From: Mycoplasma mycoides subsp. capri
GTDB taxonomy: Bacteria; Bacillota_I; Bacilli_A; Mycoplasmatales; Mycoplasmataceae
Direction of reading: 5' to 3'
Assembly (NCBI RefSeq): GCF_018389705.1
Contig: NZ_CP065581.1
Span: 870,001-902,000 of the forward strand
Length of the DNA: 32,000 bases
The notes below the pieces were generated by a model. It was not told the DNA's origin and ran no database searches. It saw only the letters and a program-made list of their open reading frames with translations. Position numbers and translations under genes: made by a program. Below are positions 1-11,325 of the stretch, in pieces. Position 1 is the stretch's first letter. Each line of letters opens with the position of its first letter.

Positions 1-828
1 ATTAGTTAATAAAGTATAACTTGATACTAATTCTTTTAAATTATTATTACTAAATAAATATAAATCTAAATAATCCTGATCAACTTTAAAAGATAAGATA
101 TCAGTTGTTGGAGAACCTATTTCAAATGTTGTTTTACAACTTGTATTAATTAAAAATCCTCAATTATTTGTTGAATATAATAAAGGCAAACCATTATAGG
201 CTAAATCATTATTTGTTACACAAGAATTATCAGTATTTCAAATAACTGATTCAACTCCATTTTTAACTAAAGGTCTAAATTTTTCACCAAGTCCATAAAA
301 TTTTTCATCATTTTCAATATCAAATGACATGAAGATTTTTTGATTTTTGTTTTGATCAATTTCAATTCCTAAATTAGGATTAATAAACCCTTCAAAAAAT
401 TGATAACCAGTTCTTAGTGTAGTTCTTGTTTTTATTTGATTATTACTATCTATTATTTTTAATACAAAGGGATTAATATTAAAAATTAGTTTTTCATTAT
501 TTTTTAAATCGATAATAATTTCTTTATTAGTTTTTATATAACTAATTTTTTCTGATTTTAAATTATTATTTAAATGCTCATTAAAAACTTTATTAATTGA
601 TCTTTGAGATAATTTTAAGTTGATAATATTTGATTCAAATAGTTTGATTTGAAATGTTGCTTTTTGTAAATTTGAAAAAGTGATTTCAATAAATAAACTA
701 CTATCATTAGTTCAAAGATCAGATACTTTTGTTGTTATTCAATATTCGTTTTTAGGATCAAAGATTCTTTGTTTAATTGGAAATGAATATTCTAACATTT
801 CACTTGTGATATTATTTGGCTTTGGCAT
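1..828 (-). CDS. Glycoside hydrolase family 31-like protein (alpha-glucosidase/xylosidase type), N-terminal part; gene runs off the left edge
   Basis: Open frame with UGA=Trp from ATG at 828 to the window edge; translation MPKPNNITSEMLEYSFPIKQRIFDPKNEYW... contains FYGLGEKFRPL, typical of the GH31 N-terminal region. Adjacent to a sugar PTS gene. Confidence 0.75.
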
Positions 829-2677
829 TTTTATTTCTTTCTAGTAATTCTAATATTTCGCCTTTATAAATATCAGCTTTTGGTCCATAAACAATTTGTA
901 AAGAACTACCTTTATTTAAAACACCCACTGCTCCAGTTAATTCTTTAAACTTATTATCAACTTTAGCTTTATCTTTTACTTTAACTCTTAATCTAGTCAT
1001 ACATGCATCAACATCATCTAAATTATCTAATCCACCTAATAAATTAACTATTGTATTAATAGTTTGATCGGATTTTGTTTTAGCTGATTTAGTTTGCTTT
1101 TTAGCTGGTTGATCTTCTTTAATAGTTGTAATTTCACTAGTTGATGTTTCATCATTAGTAAATCCAGGAATTGCTGGTTTGAATTTTTTAGTAAAGAAGT
1201 AAAATACTGCAAAATAAATTCCACCAAATGCTATTGTTACTAATAATAATCATAATCCTTGAATTCATAAAATACCTTTTAATCCAATACCACTAACTGA
1301 AGTTGGAGCAAATACAAATAAGTATTTAATTAATGTTTCAATTCCACCAAATGCATGAATTCTCATTGGAATAAAATCACTAATTCCAAATGCTATTCCA
1401 GTTAAAATTGCATGTAAAACATATAATAAAGGAGCTGAAAACATAAAAATAAATTCAATAGGTTCAGTAACTCCAGTTAATAAACAAGCTGCTAATCCTG
1501 AAAAATAAATTGAAGAGTATTTAGCTCTTTTTTCTTTAGGAATTGCAAATGCCATACCTAATCCAGCACCAACTAATGAACCTGATGAAGTAATCATTTG
1601 TCCAACTTTAAATCTAACTGGAACAACTGAATCTAAAACAATTTCATAAGCTTGTTGCATTGTTAAGCCATTTACATTATTATGTTTTGCTGCATAATCA
1701 GCTCATCCGCTTTTTACATTACCTAATGCAGTAATTCAACTTAATCAGATTTTTTCTTGCCCTTGTGCTTTTAAAGCTTCTTTATTATTTTCTAAACTGT
1801 TGAAGAATTCAGCAATAACTTTAGCATTTTCGTTTGTTGTATTAATAAATTGACTAGCACTTGTAAAATCTACACTTCCACCTAATTGACTATAATTCAT
1901 AGGAATTGTAATCATGTGGTGTAATCCAAATGGTAATAATAATCTTTCTGAAGTTCCATATAAAAATGGAGCTAAGAATTTTAATTTTTGTTCTTTTGCA
2001 AAGAAATTACCTAAATGATTAATTACAGTTTGAAATAATGGTCAAATTAATCCAATTCCAACTGAAATTGGTAATACTATAATAATCACCATAAATGGAA
2101 CAAATCTTGCACCATTAAAAAATGATAATGCTTGTGGTAATTTATTAAAATTGTAATACTTATTATAAATTGTCGCACCAACAAATCCCATTATAATTCC
2201 ACCAATGGCATCATATCTAATTGACATTACTCCTTCTTGGCTACTAAAAAATAATTCGTGTTTTTCTCATCTACCTAAAATATAATTTAAGAATTGTATT
2301 TCACCAGCTTCAGTTGTTCTTGTTATAAACATTGAAGAACCAACAGCTAATAAAATAAAGTAGGCAAAAGCAGCAGCAAATGATCCACCATATCTATTTT
2401 TAGATCAAGTACCACCAATTGCAACAGCAAATAATAAACCCATATGACTAAAAGCTGCTCAACCAACAGTTTCAATAACCCCACCAATTTGATTGAAAAC
2501 TTTAGCTGAAGCTTTAATTTGTCCTAGCCCTAATGGACCAATTATTTTTCCTAAAATAATTGTTAGTCCAGCTGCAGGTAAAAGAGCAACAAAAGTCAAA
2601 ATAGATTTAGCAAATTTTGAAAAAAATTCGTGTAAGTTACTCTCTTTAGCTTTTCTAAAATCTAGTAATTTTTTCAT
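812..2677 (-). CDS. PTS sugar transporter EIIBC (glucose/maltose-type EIIC plus C-terminal EIIB)
   Basis: Track pieces 812..1000, 1265..1660, 2042..2227 and 2459..2677 are in one frame (621 aa with UGA=Trp). N-terminal LPAAGLTIILGKIIGPLG, TEPIEFIFMFSAPLLYVLHAILTG in EIIC, C-terminal DDVDACMTRLRVKVKD with the EIIB phospho-Cys motif. Confidence 0.9.
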
Positions 2678-2770
2678 TCTTTTCCTTTCTAGTTCACAAA
2701 ATATATTTTATAGAGAATTTTTATTTTTTTAGTTTATGATTTAGAAAAAACTAGATTTTAAAAACAAAAA

Positions 2771-2795
2771 AAGAACTAGAATAACTAGTTCTTTT
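2771..2795 (-). terminator. Rho-independent terminator downstream of tuf
   Basis: Perfect 10-bp inverted repeat AAAGAACTAG/CTAGTTCTTT, followed by a T run on the minus strand. Confidence 0.85.
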
Positions 2796-2812
2796 ATAAA
2801 TTATTTAATTAA

Positions 2813-4000
2813 TTATTTTTCAATTGAAATAACTGTTCCAGCACCAATTGTTCTTCCACCTTCACGGATTGAGAATTTAGTTCCTTCTTCAACAGCAACT
2901 GGTTTGATTAATTGGATTTCCATTTCAACATTATCACCAGGCATTACCATATCAGTTCCTTCTGGTAAAGTAACTTCTCCAGTAACATCAGTTGTACGGA
3001 AGTAGAATTGAGGACGGTATTTATTAAAGAATGGTTTGTGACGTCCACCTTCTTCTTGAGTTAAAGCATAAACTGAAGCTTTTAATACAGTATGTGGTTT
3101 AATAGTTCCAGGTTTTGCTAAAACTTGTCCACGTTCTACTGAATGTCTATCAACACCACGTAATAATGCTCCAACATTATCTCCAGCTACAGCAAAATCA
3201 AGTAGTTTTCTAAACATTTCTAATCCAGTAACAACAGTTTTAGTTGGTTCTTCTTTTAATCCAATAATTTCAACTTCTTCGTTTACTTTTACAGTTCCAC
3301 GTTCAACACGTCCTGTTGCAACAGTTCCACGTCCAGTAATTGTAAATACGTCTTCAACTGGCATTAAGAAAGTTTTATCAGCATCTCTTTGTGGAGTTGG
3401 GATGTATTCATCAACTGCTGCCATTAATTCATTAATTGCTCCAGTTCATTTTGAATCACCATTTAATGCTCCTAAAGCTGAACCTCTAATAACTGGTGCT
3501 CCTTCTCCATCAAAGTCGTATTCAGTTAATAGATCTCTAATTTCCATTTCAACTAGATCGATCATTTCATCATCTTCAACCATATCACATTTGTTTAAGA
3601 AAACAACGATTTTTGGAACTCCAACTTGTCTTGATAATAGAATGTGTTCTCTAGTTTGTGGCATTGGTCCATCAGTTGCAGCAACAACTAAAATAGCTCC
3701 ATCCATTTGTGCTGCCCCAGTAATCATGTTTTTAACATAGTCAGCGTGACCTGGGCAATCTACGTGTGCATAGTGTCTATTAGCAGTTTTATATTCAACG
3801 TGTGCAGTATTAATTGTAATACCACGTTCTCTTTCTTCTGGGGCATTATCAATATTTGCATAATCTTTGAATTCTGCGTTACCTTGTTCAGATAAAACTT
3901 TAGTAATAGCAGCAGTTAATGTAGTTTTACCATGATCAACGTGTCCAATTGTTCCAATATTAACGTGAGGTAAACTACGGTCAAATTGTTCTTTTGCCAT
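2813..4000 (-). CDS. tuf: Elongation factor Tu
   Basis: 395 aa; [33 protein letters not shown]..., [24 protein letters not shown]-terminal [38 protein letters not shown]. Confidence 0.99.
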
Positions 4001-4066
4001 GTTTTTTTCTCCTTAAAAATTTCTATACAAATCAAGAATAATAGATATATTTCTACTATTTTGTCT

Positions 4067-4080
4067 GCCCCTTTTGGGGC
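4067..4080 (-). promoter_or_regulatory. GC-rich stem-loop (GCCCC-AAAA-GGGGC) in the tuf 5' leader
   Basis: gcccc/ttttggggc inverted repeat in otherwise very AT-rich DNA, just downstream of a TATAAT (4090-4095, minus strand) between fusA and tuf. Confidence 0.5.
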
Positions 4081-4089
4081 GTTTTTACT

Positions 4090-4095
4090 ATTATA
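4090..4095 (-). promoter_or_regulatory. Candidate -10 box (TATAAT) for tuf
   Basis: attata on plus = TATAAT on minus, 90 bp upstream of the tuf ATG; no strong -35 identified. Confidence 0.5.
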
Positions 4096-4131
4096 TATTT
4101 TACACTTATTTAATACTTAATTCAAAAAATA

Positions 4132-6201
4132 TTATTTACCTGATTTTTTGATAATTTCATCAGCAATTGCTTTTGGAGCTTCTGCATAATGACTAAATAT
4201 CATAGTGTAATTTCCACGTCCTTGAGTAAATGAACGTAATTCAGTAGCGTATCCAAACATTTCAGTTAATGGTACTTTAGATTTAATTGTTTGAGCATTT
4301 CCTCTTTGTTCTGAACCTTCAATTATTCCACGTTTTGAAGAAATATTTCCCATAACATCTCCATAATATTCATCTGGAACTGTTACTTCAACATTCATAA
4401 TTGGTTCTAAAACAACAGGATTCATTTTTTTAGAAGCTTCTTTTAAAGCCATTGAAGCAGCAATTTTATATGCCATTTCATTTGAGTCAACTTCATGCAT
4501 TGATCCATCAACAATAGTTGCTTTAACATCTATCATTGGATATCCTGCAATAACTCCGTTTCTTAAAGCATTTTCTAACCCTACACGTGCTGAGTTAATG
4601 TATTCTTTTGAAACACGTCCTCCAGTAATTTTATCAACTCATTCAAATCCTTTGTCTTTGTTTGGTTCAAATTCGATCACAACATGACCATATGAACCAC
4701 GTCCTCCAGATTGTTTGATATATTTACCTTCAGCTTTTCCTGGTGATTTAATAGTTTCACGATATGAAACTTGTGGTGCACCAACATTAGTTGCTACATT
4801 AAATTCACGTTTCATACGATCAACAATAATATCTAAGTGCAACTCACCCATACCAGCAATAATTGTTTGTCCAGTTTCATCGTCTGTATAAGTTCTAAAA
4901 GTTGGATCTTCTTCAGCTAATTTTGATAAAGCAATACTCATTTTTTCTTGGTCAGCTTTAGTTTTTGGTTCTAATGCTAATTGGATAACAGGTTCAGGAA
5001 AGACCATTGATTCTAAAATGATTTCTCCTTTTTCATCACATAAAGTATCACCAGTTTTAGTATTTTTTAAACCAACAGCTGCAGCAATATCACCTGAATA
5101 AACTTCTTCAATTTCAGTACGGTTATTTGCATGCATTTGTAAAATACGTCCAACACGTTCTTTTTGTTGTTTAGTTGAATTTAATACATAACTACCTTTA
5201 GTTAAAATTCCTGAATATACTCTAAAGAATGTTAATTTTCCAACAAATGGATCAGTCATAACTTTGAATGCTAATGCTGAAAATGGTTCAGTATCATCAG
5301 CGTGTCTTTCAACTTCTTCACCTGTTGGTAAAATTCCTTTAATTGATGGGATATCTAAAGGTGATGGTAAATAATCAACAACAGCATCTAATAATAATTT
5401 AACACCTTTATTTTTAAATGCTGAACCAGCTAATACTGGGAAGAAATCAGCATTAATTACACCTTTTCTAATTGCTGATTTTAATTCAGAAATACTAATT
5501 TCTCCACCATCTAAAAATTTCATTAATAATTCTTCATCATATTCAACAGCAACTTCAACTAAATGTGCTCTTAATTCTTTAGCTTGTTCTAATAAATTAG
5601 TTGGAATTTCAATTTCTTTATAATTTTCTTCAGGTTTTCCATCAAACTCATAAGCTTTCATTTCAACTAAATCAATAATACCTGTGAAGTTTTCTTCAGC
5701 TCCAATTGGTAATTGAATTGGGGCAGCTTTAGCACCTAATCTATCACCAATAGTTTTTACTGAATAAATAAAATCAGCACCTGTTTTATCCATTTTATTA
5801 ACAAAAACAATACGAGGAACTTTATAATTTGTTGCTTGTCTTCAAACAGTTTCAGTTTGAGGTTCAACACCAGATTGACCATCTAAAACAGCAACAGCAC
5901 CATCTAAAACTCTTAATGAACGTTCAACTTCAACAGTGAAATCTACGTGACCAGGAGTATCAATGATGTTAAATCTTGTGTTTTTTCAGAATGCAGTTGT
6001 AGCAGCAGATGTAATAGTAATCCCACGTTCTTGCTCTTGAGCCATTCAGTCCATTTGTGAAGCACCTTCATGTGTTTCACCTATTTTGTGAATTTTTCCA
6101 GTATGAAATAAAATACGTTCAGTAGTAGTAGTCTTACCAGCATCAATATGAGCCATAATACCAATATTACGAGTATTTAATAAACTGTATTCTCTAGCCA
6201 T
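4132..6201 (-). CDS. fusA: Elongation factor G
   Basis: 689 aa with UGA=Trp; [32 protein letters not shown]..., [20 protein letters not shown]-terminal EF-G domains IV/V ([28 protein letters not shown]). Confidence 0.99.
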
Positions 6202-6225
6202 TTGCTATTTTCCTTTCTAATTTGA

Positions 6226-6693
6226 TTATCAACGATAATGAGCAAACGCTTTATTTGCTTCTGCCATTTTATGAGTATCTTCACGTTTTTTAACTGATCC
6301 ACCAATATTATTTGATGCATCAATAATTTCATTAGCTAATTTAATTGTCATAACTTTTTCGTTTCTTAATCTTGCATAATTAATTAATCAACGTAAAGCT
6401 AAAGTGATTTGTCTTTCAGCTGAAACTTCTACAGGAACTTGATAGTTAGCTCCTCCAATACGACGAACTTTTAATTCTAAGTGAGGTTTAATATTTTCAA
6501 TAGCTTTATTAAATACTTCAATTGGTTCTTTATTAGTTTTTTCTTTAATTATATTAAATGCATCATAAATAATTGACTGAGCAATTCCTCTTTTACCATC
6601 TAACATAATTTTATTAATTGCACGAGTAACTAATTTAGAATTATAAATTGGATCTGCTAAAACATCTCTTTTTTCTGCTCTATTTTTACGCAT
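6226..6693 (-). CDS. rpsG: 30S ribosomal protein S7
   Basis: 155 aa [36 protein letters not shown]... ending NKAFAHYRW, with the final Trp encoded by UGA directly before UAA. Confidence 0.98.
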
Positions 6694-6779
6694 GGTAATA
6701 ACTCCTTTCTTTTTAATATAAATATGCTACTTTTAATGTGTTCTTTTTAATTCATATACACACTTATTAATTTGATTTA

Positions 6780-7199
6780 TTATTTTTTAACTTTTGGTCT
6801 TTTTACTCCATATAGTGAACGTCCTTGAGAACGTTTTGCTACACCTTGAGTATCTAAAGTACCTCTAATTACGTGATATCTAACCCCAGGTAAGTCTTTA
6901 ACACGTCCACCACGAATTAAAACAACACTGTGTTCTTGTAAGTTGTGTCCTTCTCCAGGAATATAAGCATTAACTTCCATTCCATTTGTTAATCTAACAC
7001 GAGCGTATTTACGTAACGCTGAGTTAGGTTTTTTAGGTGTCATTGTTGCAACACGCGTACATACTCCACGTTTTTGAGGTGATGCGATTTTTGTAACTTT
7101 TTTAATTAAAGTATTAATCCCTCTGTTTAAGGCTGGAGCTTTGGTTTTTCATGTTTTTGCTTTACGGTTAACTTTAACTAATTGGTTAATTGTTGGCAT
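6780..7199 (-). CDS. rpsL: 30S ribosomal protein S12
   Basis: 139 aa [24 protein letters not shown]...[56 protein letters not shown]. Confidence 0.99.
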
Positions 7200-7249
7200 G
7201 TATTTTCCTCCTTTCACATTTCCGAGTGTATTGAATTAACACGTTTTAT

Positions 7250-7277
7250 ATTATATATAAAAATAAGTTAGTTTCAA
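7250..7277 (-). promoter_or_regulatory. Candidate sigma-70-type promoter for the rpsL-rpsG-fusA operon
   Basis: Minus strand TTGAAA (7272-7277), 16-nt spacer, TATAAT (7250-7255), 50 bp upstream of rpsL; RBS AAAGGAGG close to the ATG. Confidence 0.7.
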
Positions 7278-7322
7278 CAAAATCATACTAATTAAAAAAA
7301 TAATATTTTAAAAATAAAATTT

Positions 7323-8852
7323 TTATAATAAAGGTTGAATAATGTTATAAATTTTAATTACTATTTTTCTAAATCAGTTAATGTTTTTATTTGGTAAATG
7401 ATCATATAAATAACTGTTTTTAAAATCTTGTTCAAATTTATTTGAAATAGTTTTATTTAATGATTTAGAATAAACTAATCCCATTGTTTGTTGATCTGCA
7501 AATAAAGCTCTAAAATCAAGATTTGTTGATCCAATAAATGTAATTTCATCATCAAATAAATAAGTTTTATTATGATTAAAAACATTATTAATAGAATAAA
7601 TTTTAACTCCAGCTTTATATAATTCTCTAGTTCATTGTTTTGTTTGATCTAATAAAAAAGCTTTATCAGTTAAACCTGGAATTAAAATTCTAACATCTAA
7701 TTTTGAATTAGCAGCATTAATTAAAGCAGTTCTAATTTCTTGAGGAGGAATAAAATATGGAGTTGAGATTCAAATTCTTTTTTGAGCTGAATTAATTAAA
7801 TTAATAAAAATAGATAAATGTAAAGGTTCTTCATGATTTGGTCCACTTGAAACAATTTGAACTAATTGATCTTTACATTTAACAGAATAGACATTATCTA
7901 AATCTAAATCTTGTTTAATTGAATTTTTTTTAAAACTTGGTTTATAAAAATCATAATCACTAATAAAAATACGTTGAATTTCACTTACAGCATTACCTGT
8001 AATTTTTAAAGAACAATCATTTCAATAACCAAACTTATTATCTAAATTAATATATTCATCACCAATATTAATTCCACCAATATAACCAATTTTATTATCA
8101 ATTATTATATCTTTTCTATGATCTCTATAATTTGCTGTTCATTTAATAAATGGAAATCTAATTGGTGCATAACAAACAATTTGACACCCATATTCTAATA
8201 ACTTAATTTTTGCTTCTTCAAATAATGTATAACTTCCAGCAAAATCATAAATTATATAAACTTTAACATTTTCTTTTAATTTTTTAATTAATAAATTAGT
8301 TAATTCATCTAATAACTTACCATCTTTAAAAATATAAAAATTTAATAGAATATAGTGTTTAGCATTTTTAATATCTTTAAACAAATTTAAAAATAATTGA
8401 TTACCATTTTCTAAAAACTCAACTTTACTATTTAAAAAAATATTATTAGTTTGTGAAATAGAAGCTGTTTTAAAAGCACGTTTAAATTGCGGAATTTGAT
8501 TAGTTAAAATTTGATCAATTTGTTCTAATTCATTTTCTGAATGTTTGTTTTTAATGTCTAAAAATTTGTAGTTTTTTGTAATTTTATACTTATAAGATCT
8601 ACCAAAAAATAAATAAGATAAAACTCCGATTATAGGAATACAAACAATAAAACAAAATCATCTAATTCTTGTTTCAAATCTTCTTTTTTTATCAGCTAAT
8701 ACTATAAAAGCTCAAATAATTGCAAGTAAATGAAAAATTCCAAATCCAATTAAAGGTCAAGTAAAAAAATAAATGTTTAATAGCAACAAACCAAATATTG
8801 TTAAACCAAACATAAAAATTAAAGATAAAACTGTAACAATCGGCTTTTTCAT
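7323..8852 (-). CDS. cls: Cardiolipin synthase-like phospholipase D family protein
   Basis: 509 aa with UGA=Trp; N-terminal transmembrane segments, SYLFFGRSYK, then HYILLNFYIFKDGKLLDELTNLLIKKLKENVKVYIIYDFAGS typical of bacterial Cls. Confidence 0.85.
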
Positions 8853-9559
8853 TATTTTTTCTTCCTTTTAATATCTAATTTACTAATTCATTTATTGTTT
8901 TTAATAATTAAAAGATTAAAAAAGACTGGTGTTAATTGTTTAATGTTTTTAATATAATTTTCATTACATATCATTTCTAAATTAAACAAACTATATGAGT
9001 ATTTATAATTTAGTTGCAAGCTTAAATACTTTTTAATATAAATAAATAAAATTAATCAATAACAATAACTATAAGCAAGCATTTTTTTATCATTTTCAAA
9101 CATTAAACTAAAACTATTACTAATATAGTGATAAATTTGATGATTATTAAAATAAGTATTTATAAAATCAGTGCTAAATTTAATATCATACTGTTTAGCA
9201 ATTTCTATTAGTTGTTTTTCATAATTTATATCTAAACTATTGTATTTTCTATTTGTTGCAATTTTTTTTATAGTTATATTGATTTGATTTAATTTTTGTT
9301 CTGATAGACTTTTATAAAATTTGTGATAAAGATAATAAATACAAAAATTTATAAAAGAAATATTAGCTCAAAAGTTTTTATAATTTAAGTTATTAATTTT
9401 TAAAATAATAATAAAGTTGTTTAATAAAATATTTGATTTTTTATTAAAATCAGTGTTTTTTAAATAAATATCTTCTAGTTGATTATTTTTTAAAAAATCT
9501 AAAAACAGCCTTTTCTTTTTTACTAAAGCTAAGTTTTTTTTAATAATTTTTCTTTTCAT
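8852..9559 (-). CDS. Conserved/hypothetical protein, 235 aa, Lys/Asn/Ile-rich
   Basis: I followed the frame codon by codon from ATG 9559 (MKRKIIKKNLALVKKKRLFLDF...) to TAA 8852-8854 with two internal UGA=Trp after 9370 and no UAA/UAG. Overlaps the cls ATG as TAATG. Confidence 0.65.
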
Positions 9560-9593
9560 TTTATCACCACTAAATTACTTTTATTTTATAAAA

Positions 9594-9623
9594 AAATAGG
9601 CTTTATTTGAAATAAGCCTATTT
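9594..9623 (-). terminator. Intrinsic terminator about 35 nt upstream of the 9559 ORF
   Basis: AAATAGGCTT / AAGCCTATTT inverted repeat, with TTTTTTT following on the minus strand. Confidence 0.65.
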
Positions 9624-9756
9624 AATGAAAGTTATTTTTTAAAACATTTGCTAATAGCAGAGTTATATAAAAGTTAGTATTTAAAATTAAAATATTTTTA
9701 AAAATTATAACATAACTACTTTTTATTAAACTACACTACTTTAATTAGCAAAATAA

Positions 9757-9782
9757 AAATAACTACTATGTAGTAGTTATTT
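9757..9782 (-). terminator. Intrinsic terminator downstream of the GNAT-like gene
   Basis: 12-bp inverted repeat AAATAACTACTA-TG-TAGTAGTTATTT region (arms 9757-9768/9771-9782) followed by TTTTATTTT on the minus strand, 5 bp past the stop at 9788. Confidence 0.7.
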
Positions 9783-9787
9783 AGTCA

Positions 9788-10702
9788 TTATTTTAATCTA
9801 TTTAATAAAGGAACAACAAACTTAGATGCTTCTAAATTAGTTGTGCTTTGTCTTACATATAAAAATGATCTATGTTGACAATCAGCAGCCATTACTTTTC
9901 TTAATTCTTTTACTACAAACTTACTTTTAATGTTTGGAACAAAATAAAATTCTATTAACGAAATTCCTTTAGGAACAATTGCATCTAAAAGTTCTAAAAC
10001 ATCAATTTCATTTTTTGAATATAACCCAATTAATTGAAAAGTCTTATTATTAATTGAAAATATAACAATAGCATCTAAATTAGAAATATAAAACACATTG
10101 TTTCTATAGTATTTTAATAAACTATAAATTGGTAGTGCACCATCTTCTCTAATATAAAATAAAGAATTGTTTTTACTACTGTGAAATAATTCATCTTTAA
10201 CAAACTCAAAATCAGCTTGATTAGTATCTAAATCTAATCTTTTTAAAACACTTAATTTTGCTTCTTTGTTAGGATCTCATTGCATAAAATAAGTATATTC
10301 TTTTATTTTTTTAAAACCATTTCTAATCAAAACTTCATCATTTTCTACATTTGAAAAAGTATAAATAAAATCAGAAATGTTTTCATATTTTTTAACAACT
10401 CCTTGAATTAATTCATTAACCATTAAAGGGTTGCTTTCTTTTGCTTTTGTAAAAGTATTAGTTAATAAAATTGTATTTAAAACAGTTTTATTAATAATTG
10501 CTTTACTTTTAATAAAACCACTAACTGCTAAAACACCATTTCTTTCATTAACAATAGTTACTGGAATATAAGCTGAATCAAAATTATTATTAACCATTCA
10601 CTCTTCAAAAGTTTTTGGTCCTCTTTTTTTAATGATAGTATGCATCTCTTGTAAAAAGTGCTTGTTGTCTCTGTAGTTAAATACTAAACTATGTGAGTTC
10701 AT
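9788..10702 (-). CDS. Hypothetical protein, possibly GNAT acetyltransferase-like
   Basis: 304 aa in one frame (9788..10096 + 10277..10597, UGA=Trp); GVLAVSGFIKSKAI...VENDEVLIRNGFKKIKEYTYFMQW resembles the GNAT C-terminal pattern. Family call is weak. Confidence 0.6.
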
Positions 10703-10816
10703 ATGTTTAAGTTCCTTTATATTCAATATAAATATATCATAATTTTCTAGATTTTAGAATGACTAGGTAGTTAAAAACCTATAGATATTTAGTTAATAAT
10801 ATGGTATAAAAATCTT

Positions 10817-11317
10817 TTACCTTAAATATTTTTTTATAATGCTGCTATATATTTTTGAGGGTTTATTATTTAGTTGTGTATCAAAAAATACTTCTATATT
10901 TTTATTAAAATTAATTAAATCGTTTTCTTTTATTAAAGGTTTAAAGTTGTGTAAATTAACGCTTGTTGAAATAATAGGTCCTGTTTTATTAATAATTTGT
11001 TTGATATCTTCTCTTTTAACTAATCTAATAGCAATACTTGAGCTTTTAGTTTTAAAAATAACAGTAGTAGGTTCATCATTTAATAAATAATCTTTATCAG
11101 TTAAGTCAGTAATTTCTAAATCATTTAATTGATCTAAACTAGAAATCAAAACAATTAAAGGCTTAGTAATATCAGCATTTTTTACTTGATTAACTCTAAT
11201 TTGATTTTCTAAACTATAAATAGCTGATAATCCATAAATAGTATCAGTTGGTAAAATAATAATTTGATTATTTTTTAATAGCTCTACAGCTTTATTTATT
11301 TTTATATCTGTTAACAT
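10817..11317 (-). CDS. tsaC: L-threonylcarbamoyladenylate synthase (Sua5/YciO/YwlC family)
   Basis: 166 aa MLTDIKINKAVELLKNNQIIILPTDTIYGLSAIYSLENQIR..., SSIAIRLVKREDIKQIINKTGPIISTSVNLH. Confidence 0.88.
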   Translation of the reverse strand: MLTDIKINKAVELLKNNQIIILPTDTIYGLSAIYSLENQIRVNQVKNADITKPLIVLISSLDQLNDLEITDLTDKDYLLNDEPTTVIFKTKSSSIAIRLVKREDIKQIINKTGPIISTSVNLHNFKPLIKENDLINFNKNIEVFFDTQLNNKPSKIYSSIIKKYLR

Positions 11318-11325
11318 AATAAATC

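Noticed and set aside
2493-2732. Plus-strand ORF of 79 aa over the PTS gene start
   Set aside because: Antisense to a well supported gene; AT-rich composition and no RBS or recognisable product.
3402-3895. Plus-strand ORFs (112 aa and 62 aa) over tuf
   Set aside because: Antisense shadows of EF-Tu coding sequence; tuf is highly conserved and explains the openness.
10839-11090. Plus-strand ORF of 83 aa inside tsaC
   Set aside because: Antisense to tsaC; no independent signals.
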